Of a stretch of DNA of 64,000 nucleotides, positions 47,997 through 56,978 are shown piece by piece. Position 1 is the stretch's first letter; each line of letters starts with the position of its first letter. The position numbers and the translations under genes are program-made. The notes below the pieces were generated by a model. It was not told the origin of the DNA and made no database searches. It was given only the letters and a program-made list of their open reading frames with translations. Source of the DNA: a virus. Location: positions 10,775 through 74,774 of the IMG/VR virus record IMGVR_UViG_3300046616_000348; one strand, given 5' to 3'.

Positions 47997-49528
47997 GCCT
48001 TGGTCCGGAACGTCACGTAGAGGGTGTTGACGTTGGTGCCGACCTCGGAGAACGAGCCGGCCGGGAGATCGACGAACTCGCCATTGAGCGAGGCCACGAA
48101 CTCGCGGAAGGCGATGGCCTTGCGCGTCTCGCGGAACTCGGTGCCGGCCGACATGATGGCGGTGAGCTTCCCGCCCGGCTTCAGGAACTTGACGGCGTGC
48201 ATGACGTGGTCGATGTCGCGCTCGCGGTCGAAAGGCGGGTTCATCACGATGATGTCGTAGGGCTGGGTGCTGGCCGGATCGAGCTGCAGGAAGTCCATGC
48301 AGAACACCCGGTTGTAGTGGCCCTCGGCCTCGAGCGCGGCGGCCAGGTGGGGCTGGATCTCCACACAGTCGACGAGGTTGTCGTACCTGTATTGCTCGGC
48401 GTAGCGCCCGGCCTTGCTGGGGACGGTGATGCAGCGTCGGGCTAGGTTGCCGGTGCCGGCGCTGGGCTCGAGGATGCGCAGCCGGGGCTTGTCCTTGTCC
48501 TGGAAGACGTGGATGCCGCTGCTGTAGTGCCGCGACCCGCGACCATCGAAGACCCTGTCGCCGGCCTCGTCCGGGGTCGGGAAGAACCCGTAGTAGCGGG
48601 CGGGCAGGTGCTTCACCTCGGCGAAGGGGTCGGCCTCGGCGGTGTTCCCGTCTCCAATCACCTCGCCGTAGTATTCGGCGAGCACCTTGTTCACCTTCTC
48701 GACCATCCCCTTGTCGGTGAACCAGAGGTGGGCGTTGCCGTTCTTGTAGATGCGGATCTTCATGAACCGCGACTCGATCTCGCTCTGCTTCGGCGAGAAG
48801 GTGTTGGACCGGTCTCGCTCGATGAGGTGCACGATCGTGCCGGTCGCCGGCAGGGGTTCGCCAGCCAGGACGTAGAAGACCCGCTCGACATCCAGCAGCT
48901 GGTCGCGCTTGCTGCCCCAGCTGAAGCGGCCGTGGTCGCGGTCGCAGATGTAGTTGACGATCATGCGGGAGCCGACCTTGAAGCCGTCGTGCGAGCGGAA
49001 GCGGCGATCGAGGCCGGAGAACACGTTCGCCAGCCCGCGCCGGAAGATCATGTCGGCATCGAGCATGAACTGCTGGATGGTGGCCTGCACGTTCTCGACG
49101 CTGATCTCGGGGAGGCCCTTGGCCGCCTCCTCGTCGGTGATCAGCTGGCCGCGCCGATCGACGCGGTCGGGGACGTAGGCCATCTGGCTGCGGAGCTGCT
49201 TCTTGGCCTCGGCATCCATCAGGCGCTCGAGGTCAGTGCGCTCGATGATGTAGGCCCAGACGTTGATGTCCATGAGCTTCCGGGCGGTGCGCAGATACTC
49301 GTCGCGGTTGGGGAGCTTGATGGCTTCGTCGAAGCGCTTGATCTCCCCCTCGTGGCCGTAGTTGAAGCCGTTGATGCCGGGGGAGGCGTTGCCGGCCATC
49401 GCCTTGGCAGCGGCGACGGCTTCCTCGGCCTCGAGGAGCTTGTCGTAGGCGATGCCATAGAGCTGGAGGGCAGCGTCACGGAAGCCGACGATCTGCTCGA
49501 TCGTGGCGCGGGGCATAATCGCGTTCAT
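47993..49528 (-). CDS. DUF4942 domain fused to an m6A-type methyltransferase
   Basis: YKNGNAHLWF; FFPTP, ILEPSAGTG, MNPPF. Confidence 0.88.
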   Translation of the reverse strand: MNAIMPRATIEQIVGFRDAALQLYGIAYDKLLEAEEAVAAAKAMAGNASPGINGFNYGHEGEIKRFDEAIKLPNRDEYLRTARKLMDINVWAYIIERTDLERLMDAEAKKQLRSQMAYVPDRVDRRGQLITDEEAAKGLPEISVENVQATIQQFMLDADMIFRRGLANVFSGLDRRFRSHDGFKVGSRMIVNYICDRDHGRFSWGSKRDQLLDVERVFYVLAGEPLPATGTIVHLIERDRSNTFSPKQSEIESRFMKIRIYKNGNAHLWFTDKGMVEKVNKVLAEYYGEVIGDGNTAEADPFAEVKHLPARYYGFFPTPDEAGDRVFDGRGSRHYSSGIHVFQDKDKPRLRILEPSAGTGNLARRCITVPSKAGRYAEQYRYDNLVDCVEIQPHLAAALEAEGHYNRVFCMDFLQLDPASTQPYDIIVMNPPFDRERDIDHVMHAVKFLKPGGKLTAIMSAGTEFRETRKAIAFREFVASLNGEFVDLPAGSFSEVGTNVNTLYVTFRTKA

Positions 49529-49537
49529 GTGGGTCTC

Positions 49538-49816
49538 TCAGGTGTCACTGTTGACGGGGACGAGGCCGTCGCGGATCGCGGCGGCGAGGATTGCGTAGGC
49601 GACCTTGCGTGGGAGGATACAGGCGAGGTTGAACTTGCCGTGGTCGGTCTTCGATCGGTCCAGGGTCGCCGAAACGACCCCTTCAGGCCGGATCACCAGC
49701 TCCCAGTGGCGGCGCCGGCGCTTGGCGCCGCGGTCGCGGTAGGTGAGATAGGTCCAGCCACCGCCCTGATCGTCGATGCGGCCGTCGACGAAGGTGCGGG
49801 CGCTGATGGTTGCCAT
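49538..49816 (-). CDS. TISARTF paralog B
   Basis: MATISARTF. Confidence 0.65.
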   Translation of the reverse strand: MATISARTFVDGRIDDQGGGWTYLTYRDRGAKRRRRHWELVIRPEGVVSATLDRSKTDHGKFNLACILPRKVAYAILAAAIRDGLVPVNSDT

Positions 49817-50259
49817 CAGCCGCCCACGCCGCGCAGCACGGCGTTGCGCCCCCGGCGAACGATGATCTCGTCGGCGACGCGACTATCGATGTCGGCAGGA
49901 ACCCTGAAGGGCCGGCCGTTCTCCTCCACTGCGATCGGGTGGCCGGGCATCCACTCGATCTGGTTGACGAACCACGGGATGAACTCCCAGTCGTAGGGGA
50001 CGAAGAGCTCCTGATCGTCCTCGGGGATCGCGTTCCAGGCGGCGCAGGCCGGGCCGCCGAGGTCGATGGCGGCGTGCCGCATCTCGACGCTGCCGTGGTT
50101 CTCCCAGGCGGAGGCGAAGATGGCGTGCTGCCCGTCCTCCATCGGCTTGGCGTTGTCAGCCCGGCCGTGCTCGGTGTAGGCGGCGAGCATGTCCTCCCAG
50201 ATGCAGAGCGCGGCCTCGACGTGGAGGCGGGTGAAGCCTCCGGTCTGGAGCGCGCTCAT
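49816..50259 (-). CDS. Hypothetical early protein
   Basis: Coupled; PYDWEFIPW. Confidence 0.7.
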   Translation of the reverse strand: MSALQTGGFTRLHVEAALCIWEDMLAAYTEHGRADNAKPMEDGQHAIFASAWENHGSVEMRHAAIDLGGPACAAWNAIPEDDQELFVPYDWEFIPWFVNQIEWMPGHPIAVEENGRPFRVPADIDSRVADEIIVRRGRNAVLRGVGG

Positions 50260-50780
50260 GCTGCGAGCACCGTGGCGCGGCCGATCTCGACGACGAGGTA
50301 GTCCTGTACTTCATCGCTGACCGTGAACTTCGGGAGGTCGGCGCCGGCGGCGTGCTTGAGCTCCGCCACCTTGGCCCTGACGGCGGCCTCGAGGTCGGGT
50401 TCCTCGAGCAGCTTCTCCATTCCCCAGCCGCTGATGTCGCGGGCGCCGCTGTGGGTCTCCTTCTCGTCGCCCGGATACCAGACGCTGTTGCCGGGCTCTT
50501 CGCCCTGGGTAGCGTCGTAGTAGCGCTCGTAGCCGATGCCGAGCTCCTGCAGGACTTCGGTCACCGTCGACAGGTCGCCGTAGTTCACCTCGTCGTCCTC
50601 AAAGAGGGGCGAGCTCTCATTGGCGAGGGCGGCGGCGAACCCGCGAAGGTGGGCGGTGCGGCCCCTATCCTCGCTGCACTTCAGGTCCATCGTGTTCAGC
50701 GCATTGAGGATTTCCTCGAGGCCGTCGACGGTGGCGATGTGCCCGTGGATGGCGATATTGGCGTAGATGCGGTCACCCAT
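50256..50780 (-). CDS. Acidic early protein
   Basis: Start MGDR at 50780 after hairpin-SD element. Confidence 0.72.
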   Translation of the reverse strand: MGDRIYANIAIHGHIATVDGLEEILNALNTMDLKCSEDRGRTAHLRGFAAALANESSPLFEDDEVNYGDLSTVTEVLQELGIGYERYYDATQGEEPGNSVWYPGDEKETHSGARDISGWGMEKLLEEPDLEAAVRAKVAELKHAAGADLPKFTVSDEVQDYLVVEIGRATVLAA

Positions 50781-50825
50781 AGGGGTGGTCTCCTTTGGTT
50801 GCACAGTTGCAGGGGGCAGGCAGGG

Positions 50826-51425
50826 TCAGTCGGGATCGAGCAGGTTCAGCTCGTGGATGGCGATCGCCTTGATGGCGATCGGCAGGCCCTTGGAGGCCAG
50901 CTGCCGGACGTAGTCGACGGCCTCCTCGTCGGAGCCGAAGACGGGTTCGCCTACACCGCTGGGGCGGACGTCGGACATGTCATCGACGCGGTTGATCAGG
51001 AAGCCGCGGCCGGTCGAGAACAAGTCCCAGCCGTCGCGCTGGGCGGCGTCCTGATCCTCGAACGACCAATCGCCCAAGACGGCGACCTGCCCCCGCACGA
51101 GGGCGAGCCGCTGTTCCTTAAGGTAAGCCCAGGCGTCGAACGTGGTGCTGTGCATCTGCGACAGCTCGGCCTGCGCCTCGGGGAAGACGGACTGCCAGAG
51201 CGGGCCGTCGCTGTCGTCGACGAACTCGACGAAGTAGCCGGCCGAGGCATACTCCTCCCTGATCTCGGTCAGGTCGAAGCGGTGGGCCTCCCCGTTCGCG
51301 TCATAGACGTCGAGCACGTCGGACGTGGTGCCCGGCTTCACCTGGTAGTAGCGGGCCTTGTGCGCGGCCTCTTCCAGGCTGTCGGCCTCGACGTCGATCT
51401 CCCAGGTTACGCGGTATTCAGTCAT
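50826..51425 (-). CDS. Acidic early protein with DpnD-like N-domain
   Basis: MTEYRVTWEIDVEADSLEEAA. Confidence 0.72.
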   Translation of the reverse strand: MTEYRVTWEIDVEADSLEEAAHKARYYQVKPGTTSDVLDVYDANGEAHRFDLTEIREEYASAGYFVEFVDDSDGPLWQSVFPEAQAELSQMHSTTFDAWAYLKEQRLALVRGQVAVLGDWSFEDQDAAQRDGWDLFSTGRGFLINRVDDMSDVRPSGVGEPVFGSDEEAVDYVRQLASKGLPIAIKAIAIHELNLLDPD

Positions 51426-51813
51426 GGTGCGGACCTCCCAGGTCGGACATCTTGCCCTTCAGCAGCTTGCCGGCGGCGGTGCGGATGCGGGGGAATTGGG
51501 CGGCGAGGGCAGTGTGCCCCCGGATGTAGTCGTCCAGGCCGGGCGGCACGCCGGCGCGAAGGGTTTGGTTGGGGACGATCAGGGTGTCGCCCTCGACGTC
51601 CCACCCGTCGGGGAGCGGCTCGCCGGTGAGCGGGTCGAGTGCCTCCCACCACATCGGCTCGACCCCCTGGCCGTTGCCTTGGAAGTCGCCGGTCGGGTCT
51701 TCGGACTGAGCCCAGGTCTCGGCCGCGATCTCCTGCGCCTCGTGGCCGTCCTCGGCCTCGACCTCGACGATGTAGGTGACAGTCTCCTTGAGCTGCACGC
51801 GGAACTTAGCCAT
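51418..51813 (-). CDS. DpnD/PcfM-like protein
   Basis: MAKFRVQLKETVTYIVEVEAEDGHEAQEIA. Confidence 0.7.
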   Translation of the reverse strand: MAKFRVQLKETVTYIVEVEAEDGHEAQEIAAETWAQSEDPTGDFQGNGQGVEPMWWEALDPLTGEPLPDGWDVEGDTLIVPNQTLRAGVPPGLDDYIRGHTALAAQFPRIRTAAGKLLKGKMSDLGGPHHD

Positions 51814-52004
51814 CAGCTGGCCTCCATGAATTGGGCATCTGCCTGGTTGAGGAGCTTGGCGATCCGCCGGCCCAGCGACTTGCGCTGGGCAAGGGTGCCC
51901 TCTCGAATTTCGATGAGCTCGGTGCCGTCGTCGTCGACGACGAGCACGGTGTCGTCGACCTTGTCGCCCTCTTCAGGGCCGCTCATGCCGTAGCGGTCAC
52001 GCAT
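51813..52004 (-). CDS. Small hypothetical protein
   Basis: GAGG SD, ATG 52004. Confidence 0.6.
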   Translation of the reverse strand: MRDRYGMSGPEEGDKVDDTVLVVDDDGTELIEIREGTLAQRKSLGRRIAKLLNQADAQFMEAS

Positions 52005-52254
52005 CCTCGTCCTCCTCTTCCTCGTCGGCCGCCACGACGAGCTGGTCGAAGGTCCACTCGCTGCCGCCCTCGCAGAGGAACAGCTGCTTGCCGCCTCGCG
52101 TCTTGGCGTAGGAGTCGTCGTAGAAATGCTCGGTGCCCGAGTAGTCGAACTCGGGCGAGCCATCGTCGTTGATGCCGGAAATGCCGCACTTGCCGGGGGT
52201 GAGGACGAGGGCTGCGACGATCGCGTCGCCGTTCGGGGAGACGTAGGCTTTCAT
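51997..52254 (-). CDS. Small acidic protein
   Basis: AGGAGG SD, ATG 52254. Confidence 0.65.
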   Translation of the reverse strand: MKAYVSPNGDAIVAALVLTPGKCGISGINDDGSPEFDYSGTEHFYDDSYAKTRGGKQLFLCEGGSEWTFDQLVVAADEEEEDEDA

Positions 52255-52577
52255 TTGGGAAGTCCTCCTTCGCGGTCGGTGTCGATCGAGGTGCGATCGG
52301 GTCCGATGCGGACGTTGATGGGTTCTTCGTGGTGGGCGTCGTAGCAGTGGACGACGAGGTAGCTGCCCTGCTGCTCGATCCAGACCGATCGCTTCATCAG
52401 GTCGTCGCCGGGGGCGTCCTCGACGTCGACGATGATGTCCGTCTCGGTGATCCGGATGGTGACGTTGAACGGCACGCACTCGCCCTCGTCGTGGACGGAT
52501 GGGTCGAGGGTGCGAAGGGTTCTGGCTAGACGGATGTCGGTGTTGGGCATGCGCTTGCCCGCGGTGTTTTCCGGCAT
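52251..52577 (-). CDS. Hypothetical early protein
   Basis: GAGAGG SD, ATG 52577. Confidence 0.65.
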   Translation of the reverse strand: MPENTAGKRMPNTDIRLARTLRTLDPSVHDEGECVPFNVTIRITETDIIVDVEDAPGDDLMKRSVWIEQQGSYLVVHCYDAHHEEPINVRIGPDRTSIDTDREGGLPK

Positions 52578-52597
52578 GGTGGCCTCTCTGCTTGGGG

Positions 52598-53032
52598 TCA
52601 GTTGAAGGTGGGGACGACGCCCGATTTCATGGCTTCGAGCTGGGCGCGGGTGAGCCACTGGGTGAGCAGCTTGTCGGACGAGTATTCGTGCAGCACGGTC
52701 CACCGGACGGAGCCGGGCTGGCCTCGGCTGACCAAGAACTCGACCTCGTGGCATTCGGGGCTGAAGCCCTCGCCATCCTCCGGGCTCTCAACGTCCATGC
52801 AGTAAGCGGCGCCGTGATTGCCGCTGATCGTCACGCTGTGGCCGAAGGGGGCGGCGACGGTCTCGGCTGCGGTCAAGAGGTGCAGCAGCTCCTCGATATG
52901 CTCGAGCTCGAGGGTGAGGGCGGCGTGTTTGAGGGACGGGAACCAGTGCTCGCTGGCAGCGTCCTTGAGGAAGAGGTTGAAGCCGGGGCCGTCATCCTCG
53001 TCGTCGAACTCTTGGTGGGTGAAGACGGGCAT
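52598..53032 (-). CDS. Acidic hypothetical protein
   Basis: AAAGGA SD. Confidence 0.68.
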   Translation of the reverse strand: MPVFTHQEFDDEDDGPGFNLFLKDAASEHWFPSLKHAALTLELEHIEELLHLLTAAETVAAPFGHSVTISGNHGAAYCMDVESPEDGEGFSPECHEVEFLVSRGQPGSVRWTVLHEYSSDKLLTQWLTRAQLEAMKSGVVPTFN

Positions 53033-53046
53033 TGCGGGCGATCCTT

Positions 53047-53682
53047 TCAGGTGAGGTGACCCCAGTGCCGCACCATCGCGGCGGCCAGTCCGGGGCGAGT
53101 GAGGGAGCGGCGCGCCCCTCGGGAGGGGCTGCGCTGTTCGTTGTGCTGGCCGCTCTCCGTCTGGTTGGAGTAGCGGTCCTTGATGAGCGGGGCGGTGGGC
53201 GTCAGCTCGGGTAGGTTGTCGAGCCAGAGGCAGGTGTCCTTGCTGTAGTCATCGCCGAACCAGTTCGGGTTGACCTTCTGCGTCCACGGCCTGATGCGGG
53301 AGCCAATCGCGCCGGGCGGGTTCTCGATGCAGCGCCGGCGGATGGGGAAGGCGAAGAGCTGGCGCACGAACTCGAGCGCCCGCTCGGTTTCCTCGGCGCG
53401 GCCGGGGATGGTCTTGTTCCAGTGAAGCCCGGCACGGGAGAGGAAGGTGCAGGGTGGGAAGGCGATGAGCATGTCCCAGGGCAGGTTGTGCCCGGGTACT
53501 CCTCGGGCCAGGACGTCGAGGACGTCGCCGACGAGGTGGAAGTCGGGGTGCTGCTGCACCGGGTAGATCCACCACTCTTGGCTGTCTGGCCCGAGGATGT
53601 CGCACGACCAGGCATTGTGCCCGGCATTCCGGAAGGCATCCCGGACGCGGCCGCTGAGCTCGCAGCCGACGAGGATGTTCAC
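53047..53682 (-). CDS. Short phage C5-cytosine methyltransferase-like protein
   Basis: ILVGCELSG, SCDI, FPPCT, IENP, TCLWL, RSLT. Confidence 0.8.
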   Translation of the reverse strand: MNILVGCELSGRVRDAFRNAGHNAWSCDILGPDSQEWWIYPVQQHPDFHLVGDVLDVLARGVPGHNLPWDMLIAFPPCTFLSRAGLHWNKTIPGRAEETERALEFVRQLFAFPIRRRCIENPPGAIGSRIRPWTQKVNPNWFGDDYSKDTCLWLDNLPELTPTAPLIKDRYSNQTESGQHNEQRSPSRGARRSLTRPGLAAAMVRHWGHLT

Positions 53683-53960
53683 TCGTCGTCGTCCTCGTCG
53701 TCAGTGAGGTCTTCGACCATTTCCAGGGCGTCGTCATCGGCCGGGCCCACGATCGTCATCGCCGGCGAAAGACTGACCTCCGGCAGCTCGGGGTCGTGGT
53801 ACTGGAGGCCGCTGATCGGCACGTCGTTCATGTAGCCGACCTCAAGGTCGAGCCCGGTCTCGTGCAGCTGGCGCTGGACGAGCTCGACGGCAGCCTCGTG
53901 GGTCTCGGCGCGGATGTAGGCGGTCGCCACCATCCGGACGTCGATGCTGAACACTTTCAT
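53679..53960 (-). CDS. Acidic DpnD-like protein
   Basis: AGGAG SD; MKVFSIDVRMVATAYIRAETHEAA. Confidence 0.65.
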   Translation of the reverse strand: MKVFSIDVRMVATAYIRAETHEAAVELVQRQLHETGLDLEVGYMNDVPISGLQYHDPELPEVSLSPAMTIVGPADDDALEMVEDLTDDEDDDE

Positions 53961-54130
53961 TTGGGCTCCTTGGCAGGGCGCAGGCCGCGCACCTTCACCG
54001 CGCCGTAGTCGGCGCTGTAGTTGCACTGTTCGTTGACGAGGCTTCGCACCTCGCGGCGGGCGTCGGCCGGGCTCATCTCGCGCGGCACGCTGACGGTGAG
54101 CAGCATCGTCACCTTCTTGCGGGCCGCCAT
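53957..54130 (-). CDS. 57-aa protein not in the ORF track
   Basis: AAGGGAG SD; coupled at both ends; MAARKKVTMLLTVSVPREMSPADARRE. Confidence 0.6.
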   Translation of the reverse strand: MAARKKVTMLLTVSVPREMSPADARREVRSLVNEQCNYSADYGAVKVRGLRPAKEPK

Positions 54131-54522
54131 CACCTGGCTCCCTTCAGCACGGTGTAGGCGCTGCGGGAGTGGACGAAGCCCTCGACCTGGAACGGGCGCT
54201 TCGGTCCGACATCGAGGAGGAAGCGCTCGCGCTTACCGTCGACGCCGCCCCAGCCGGTGACGTGGATGCCGACATCGGCGGCGCCCTCGTGGTCCGGGCT
54301 TTCCGACCCGAACTCGACGGCAAAGGAACCGATGCCGTTCTGCAGGGCGCGGGTCGTCTGCTCGATGCCGATCTCCTGCGACAGCCAGTGCAGCAGGTTG
54401 CAGATCATGTCGCCGCCGCAGGTCAGCGGGCCGTCGGCCTCCGGGTGGAGGTCGAGGCCCTGCTCGTCGGCGAATTGGCGAACGAGATCGTCCACGCTCA
54501 AGGCGCGGTCATCGTTGCTCAT
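54130..54522 (-). CDS. Hypothetical early protein
   Basis: DMICNLLHW motif. Confidence 0.7.
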   Translation of the reverse strand: MSNDDRALSVDDLVRQFADEQGLDLHPEADGPLTCGGDMICNLLHWLSQEIGIEQTTRALQNGIGSFAVEFGSESPDHEGAADVGIHVTGWGGVDGKRERFLLDVGPKRPFQVEGFVHSRSAYTVLKGAR

Positions 54523-54532
54523 GGTGCTCTCG

Positions 54533-55702
54533 TTATTGGGGGTTGATGTGGATGGCGTGGCCGAAGGGGATCTTCGCTGCCCAGTGCTCGAAGGTCTGCT
54601 TCGTGCCCCAGGTCGCCCAGATCACCGGGCAGTCGGGCTCGTCGCCGTGGTCGGTGACGACGAGGTCGGTGAGGTAGATGACGGCGGCGGCGTCGGGGTG
54701 GTTCTCCTTGATCCACCGGAAGGTGTCGGAGAAGGCAGTGCCGCCGCCGCCCTGGGCGTGCATCCTGAACTGGTCGCCGCGCTCGAACTCCTCGGCGCTG
54801 TGAACCCGGGCATCGGCGTAGACGACGACCATCTTGTCGATGTGGCCCTCGTCGAGAACGCCGCCCGCTTCGGCTGAGAAGGCGTTGAGGATCGGGCCGT
54901 TGATCGAGCCGGACGTGTCGACGGCGACGACCACGGTGTCGACAGCATCGGGGATGGAGCCGGGCAGGTAGAACCCGGCGTGCAGGTAGCGGCGGTTCGG
55001 GCGAGACCACGTCTGCTCAACGATCGACAGCGAGTTGGAGACCAGGCGGCGGAACTCCTCGGCCCAGTCGACCTTCGGCTCCAAGATCTTGTCGACCAGT
55101 CGCTTCAGGTACTCGGGCAGCTGACCGGCGGCGACGGCCTTGGCGTAGCTGACGGCCTGCCGGACCGCCACCTGCATCTCGGCCCGCATCTCATTGATCG
55201 CGGCCTGGTCGTACTGCGGGGCGCCGTCCATGACGCCGCCGCACCCGCCCGGGTCGTTGCCGTTGCCTTTGCGACCCTTGCCGCCGTCGTCCTCGGGCAG
55301 GGCGGCGTAGACCTCCTCCTCGGTCATGCCGTCGTACTTGGCATCGAAGAGCACCCACTCGGGGAGCTTCAGGCCCGCGGCGAAGACATTGGCGTTGATC
55401 ACGTAGTCCGTCGCCCGGTTCCACTTCTTGTGGTCGCGGTCCTTGCGCCGGAGGTGGTGCTCGAGGGCGTTGTGCAGCACCTCGTGGACGAGGACGCCGG
55501 CGAGCTGATCGTCGGGGAGCTCCTCGACGAAAGGCGGGTAGTAGTAGAGGTGGCGGCCATCGGTCGCCATCGTATCGACCTGCGTGGGGTCGTTCACCTC
55601 GACCAGCTTCAGGCGGCCGAGCAGCACGCCGAAGAACGGCTGTTCCCGAAGGATCAGCCTGATCTTGGCGCGCTCGATCTTAGTGGCGATTGCGTCGTTC
55701 AT
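54533..55702 (-). CDS. HEXXH metallopeptidase-like (DUF2201_N) plus vWA domain protein
   Basis: PFFG, TMATDG, HEVLH, WNRATDYVIN; MIDAS DTSGS, GGGT, TD. Confidence 0.9.
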   Translation of the reverse strand: MNDAIATKIERAKIRLILREQPFFGVLLGRLKLVEVNDPTQVDTMATDGRHLYYYPPFVEELPDDQLAGVLVHEVLHNALEHHLRRKDRDHKKWNRATDYVINANVFAAGLKLPEWVLFDAKYDGMTEEEVYAALPEDDGGKGRKGNGNDPGGCGGVMDGAPQYDQAAINEMRAEMQVAVRQAVSYAKAVAAGQLPEYLKRLVDKILEPKVDWAEEFRRLVSNSLSIVEQTWSRPNRRYLHAGFYLPGSIPDAVDTVVVAVDTSGSINGPILNAFSAEAGGVLDEGHIDKMVVVYADARVHSAEEFERGDQFRMHAQGGGGTAFSDTFRWIKENHPDAAAVIYLTDLVVTDHGDEPDCPVIWATWGTKQTFEHWAAKIPFGHAIHINPQ

Positions 55703-56694
55703 CAGAGGGTCACGTCCTGGTTGTCACGAGCCCACTGCATGAAGGCAGGGGTGTGGGTGAGGCCGGGGTCTCGGCGGCAGGCGTCGACGACAACCATCGT
55801 GGCGAACGTGCGCGGCATCCGGTTGATGTAGCGCATGATGTTCCCGAAGTTGTTCATCGCCGCCTTCCGGGCGAGCGCCGAGCTGATGGCGAAGCGGGCG
55901 GCAATGTCCTCGTCTCCCGGCACCTTGGCCCCGTCCGGGTCCATGATGCAGTGGTCGATCGAGGGCAGGCTCTGGTAGGTCCGGATGAACCCCTCGAACT
56001 CGCCGCCGGCAGCCTCGCCGACGATGCCCGACACAGCGTCGAGGCGGATGGAGCGGTCGGCATTCACGTACTTGGCGGCCTGTTCCCACGAGCGGGGCGA
56101 GGGGAAGGCGCGCATGTCGACCAGGTTCATGACGTGGATCAGCTCCGGCCGGAACCGGACGAAGGCGATCAGGACGGGGTCGATGTCATTCTTGTTGGCC
56201 CACTTGGTGAACGAGTCGACGTCGGCCTCGATGTCGATGTGGGCGAAGCGGTTGGCGAGCGCGGACGGCATCTTCTGGGCAGCAGCGCGGTCGCTCTGAC
56301 GGTTGCCAGCGGCGACGATGCGCCACCCGTCGGGCAGCTTGTAGTTGCCGACCTTGCGGTCGAGGACGAGGCCGAAGCACGCTGCCTGCATCTGCGGCGG
56401 GGCGGCGTTGAGCTCGTCCATGAAGAAGATGCCTTCCTTGCCATCGCGGGCTTCGTTCGGCATGTCGTCAGGCGCGACCCAGCGGGCCGTGCTGCCGTCG
56501 ATGATGGTGGGCAGGCCGCGCAGGTCTACCGGGTCGCGGAGGACGGCGCGGAAGTCCACGAGGCCCCAGCCGCGCTTCTGCGCGATCTGCTTCACTACGG
56601 AGGACTTGCCGATGCCCGGCGCGCTCCACTGGAAAGCGGGGGTGTCGCCGTCGATGTAGGTCTCGGTGAGCTGGGCTGCACGTTCGATGTTCAT
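55702..56694 (-). CDS. MoxR-family AAA+ ATPase
   Basis: APGIGKS, DLRGLP, FFMDELN, AAGNR, ALANRF, PSPRSW. Confidence 0.92.
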   Translation of the reverse strand: MNIERAAQLTETYIDGDTPAFQWSAPGIGKSSVVKQIAQKRGWGLVDFRAVLRDPVDLRGLPTIIDGSTARWVAPDDMPNEARDGKEGIFFMDELNAAPPQMQAACFGLVLDRKVGNYKLPDGWRIVAAGNRQSDRAAAQKMPSALANRFAHIDIEADVDSFTKWANKNDIDPVLIAFVRFRPELIHVMNLVDMRAFPSPRSWEQAAKYVNADRSIRLDAVSGIVGEAAGGEFEGFIRTYQSLPSIDHCIMDPDGAKVPGDEDIAARFAISSALARKAAMNNFGNIMRYINRMPRTFATMVVVDACRRDPGLTHTPAFMQWARDNQDVTL

Positions 56695-56765
56695 GCTGAT
56701 CTCTCTGGTGTCATGATTGACGGGGGGCAGGGGTGGCCGTCGCGCTGCCGCGGCGGCCGGGTTCG

Positions 56766-56978
56766 TCAGTTGGTCTTCTGGTCAGTGTGCGAGATGACGA
56801 TCAACTCGGTTGCGACCTCGAGGACGTAGGCGGTCTTCAGGCTGAGAACGCGGCAGATGCCCATGAACTCGATCTTGGCGTCTTCGCGGGTGGTGGCCTG
56901 CAAGTCGCGCTCGTCGATCGCACCGCCGGCGCCAGCCGAGTGCATCCGGAAGACGGGGGTAGGGGTAGGCTGGCTCAT
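56766..56978 (-). CDS. Small hypothetical protein
   Basis: ATGA-coupled. Confidence 0.6.
   Translation of the reverse strand: MSQPTPTPVFRMHSAGAGGAIDERDLQATTREDAKIEFMGICRVLSLKTAYVLEVATELIVISHTDQKTN

Noticed and set aside
45581-54545. C-tract plus SD upstream of the starts at 45572, 52577 and 54522
   Set aside because: They lack the paired stem, so they are not counted as element copies; possibly decayed versions
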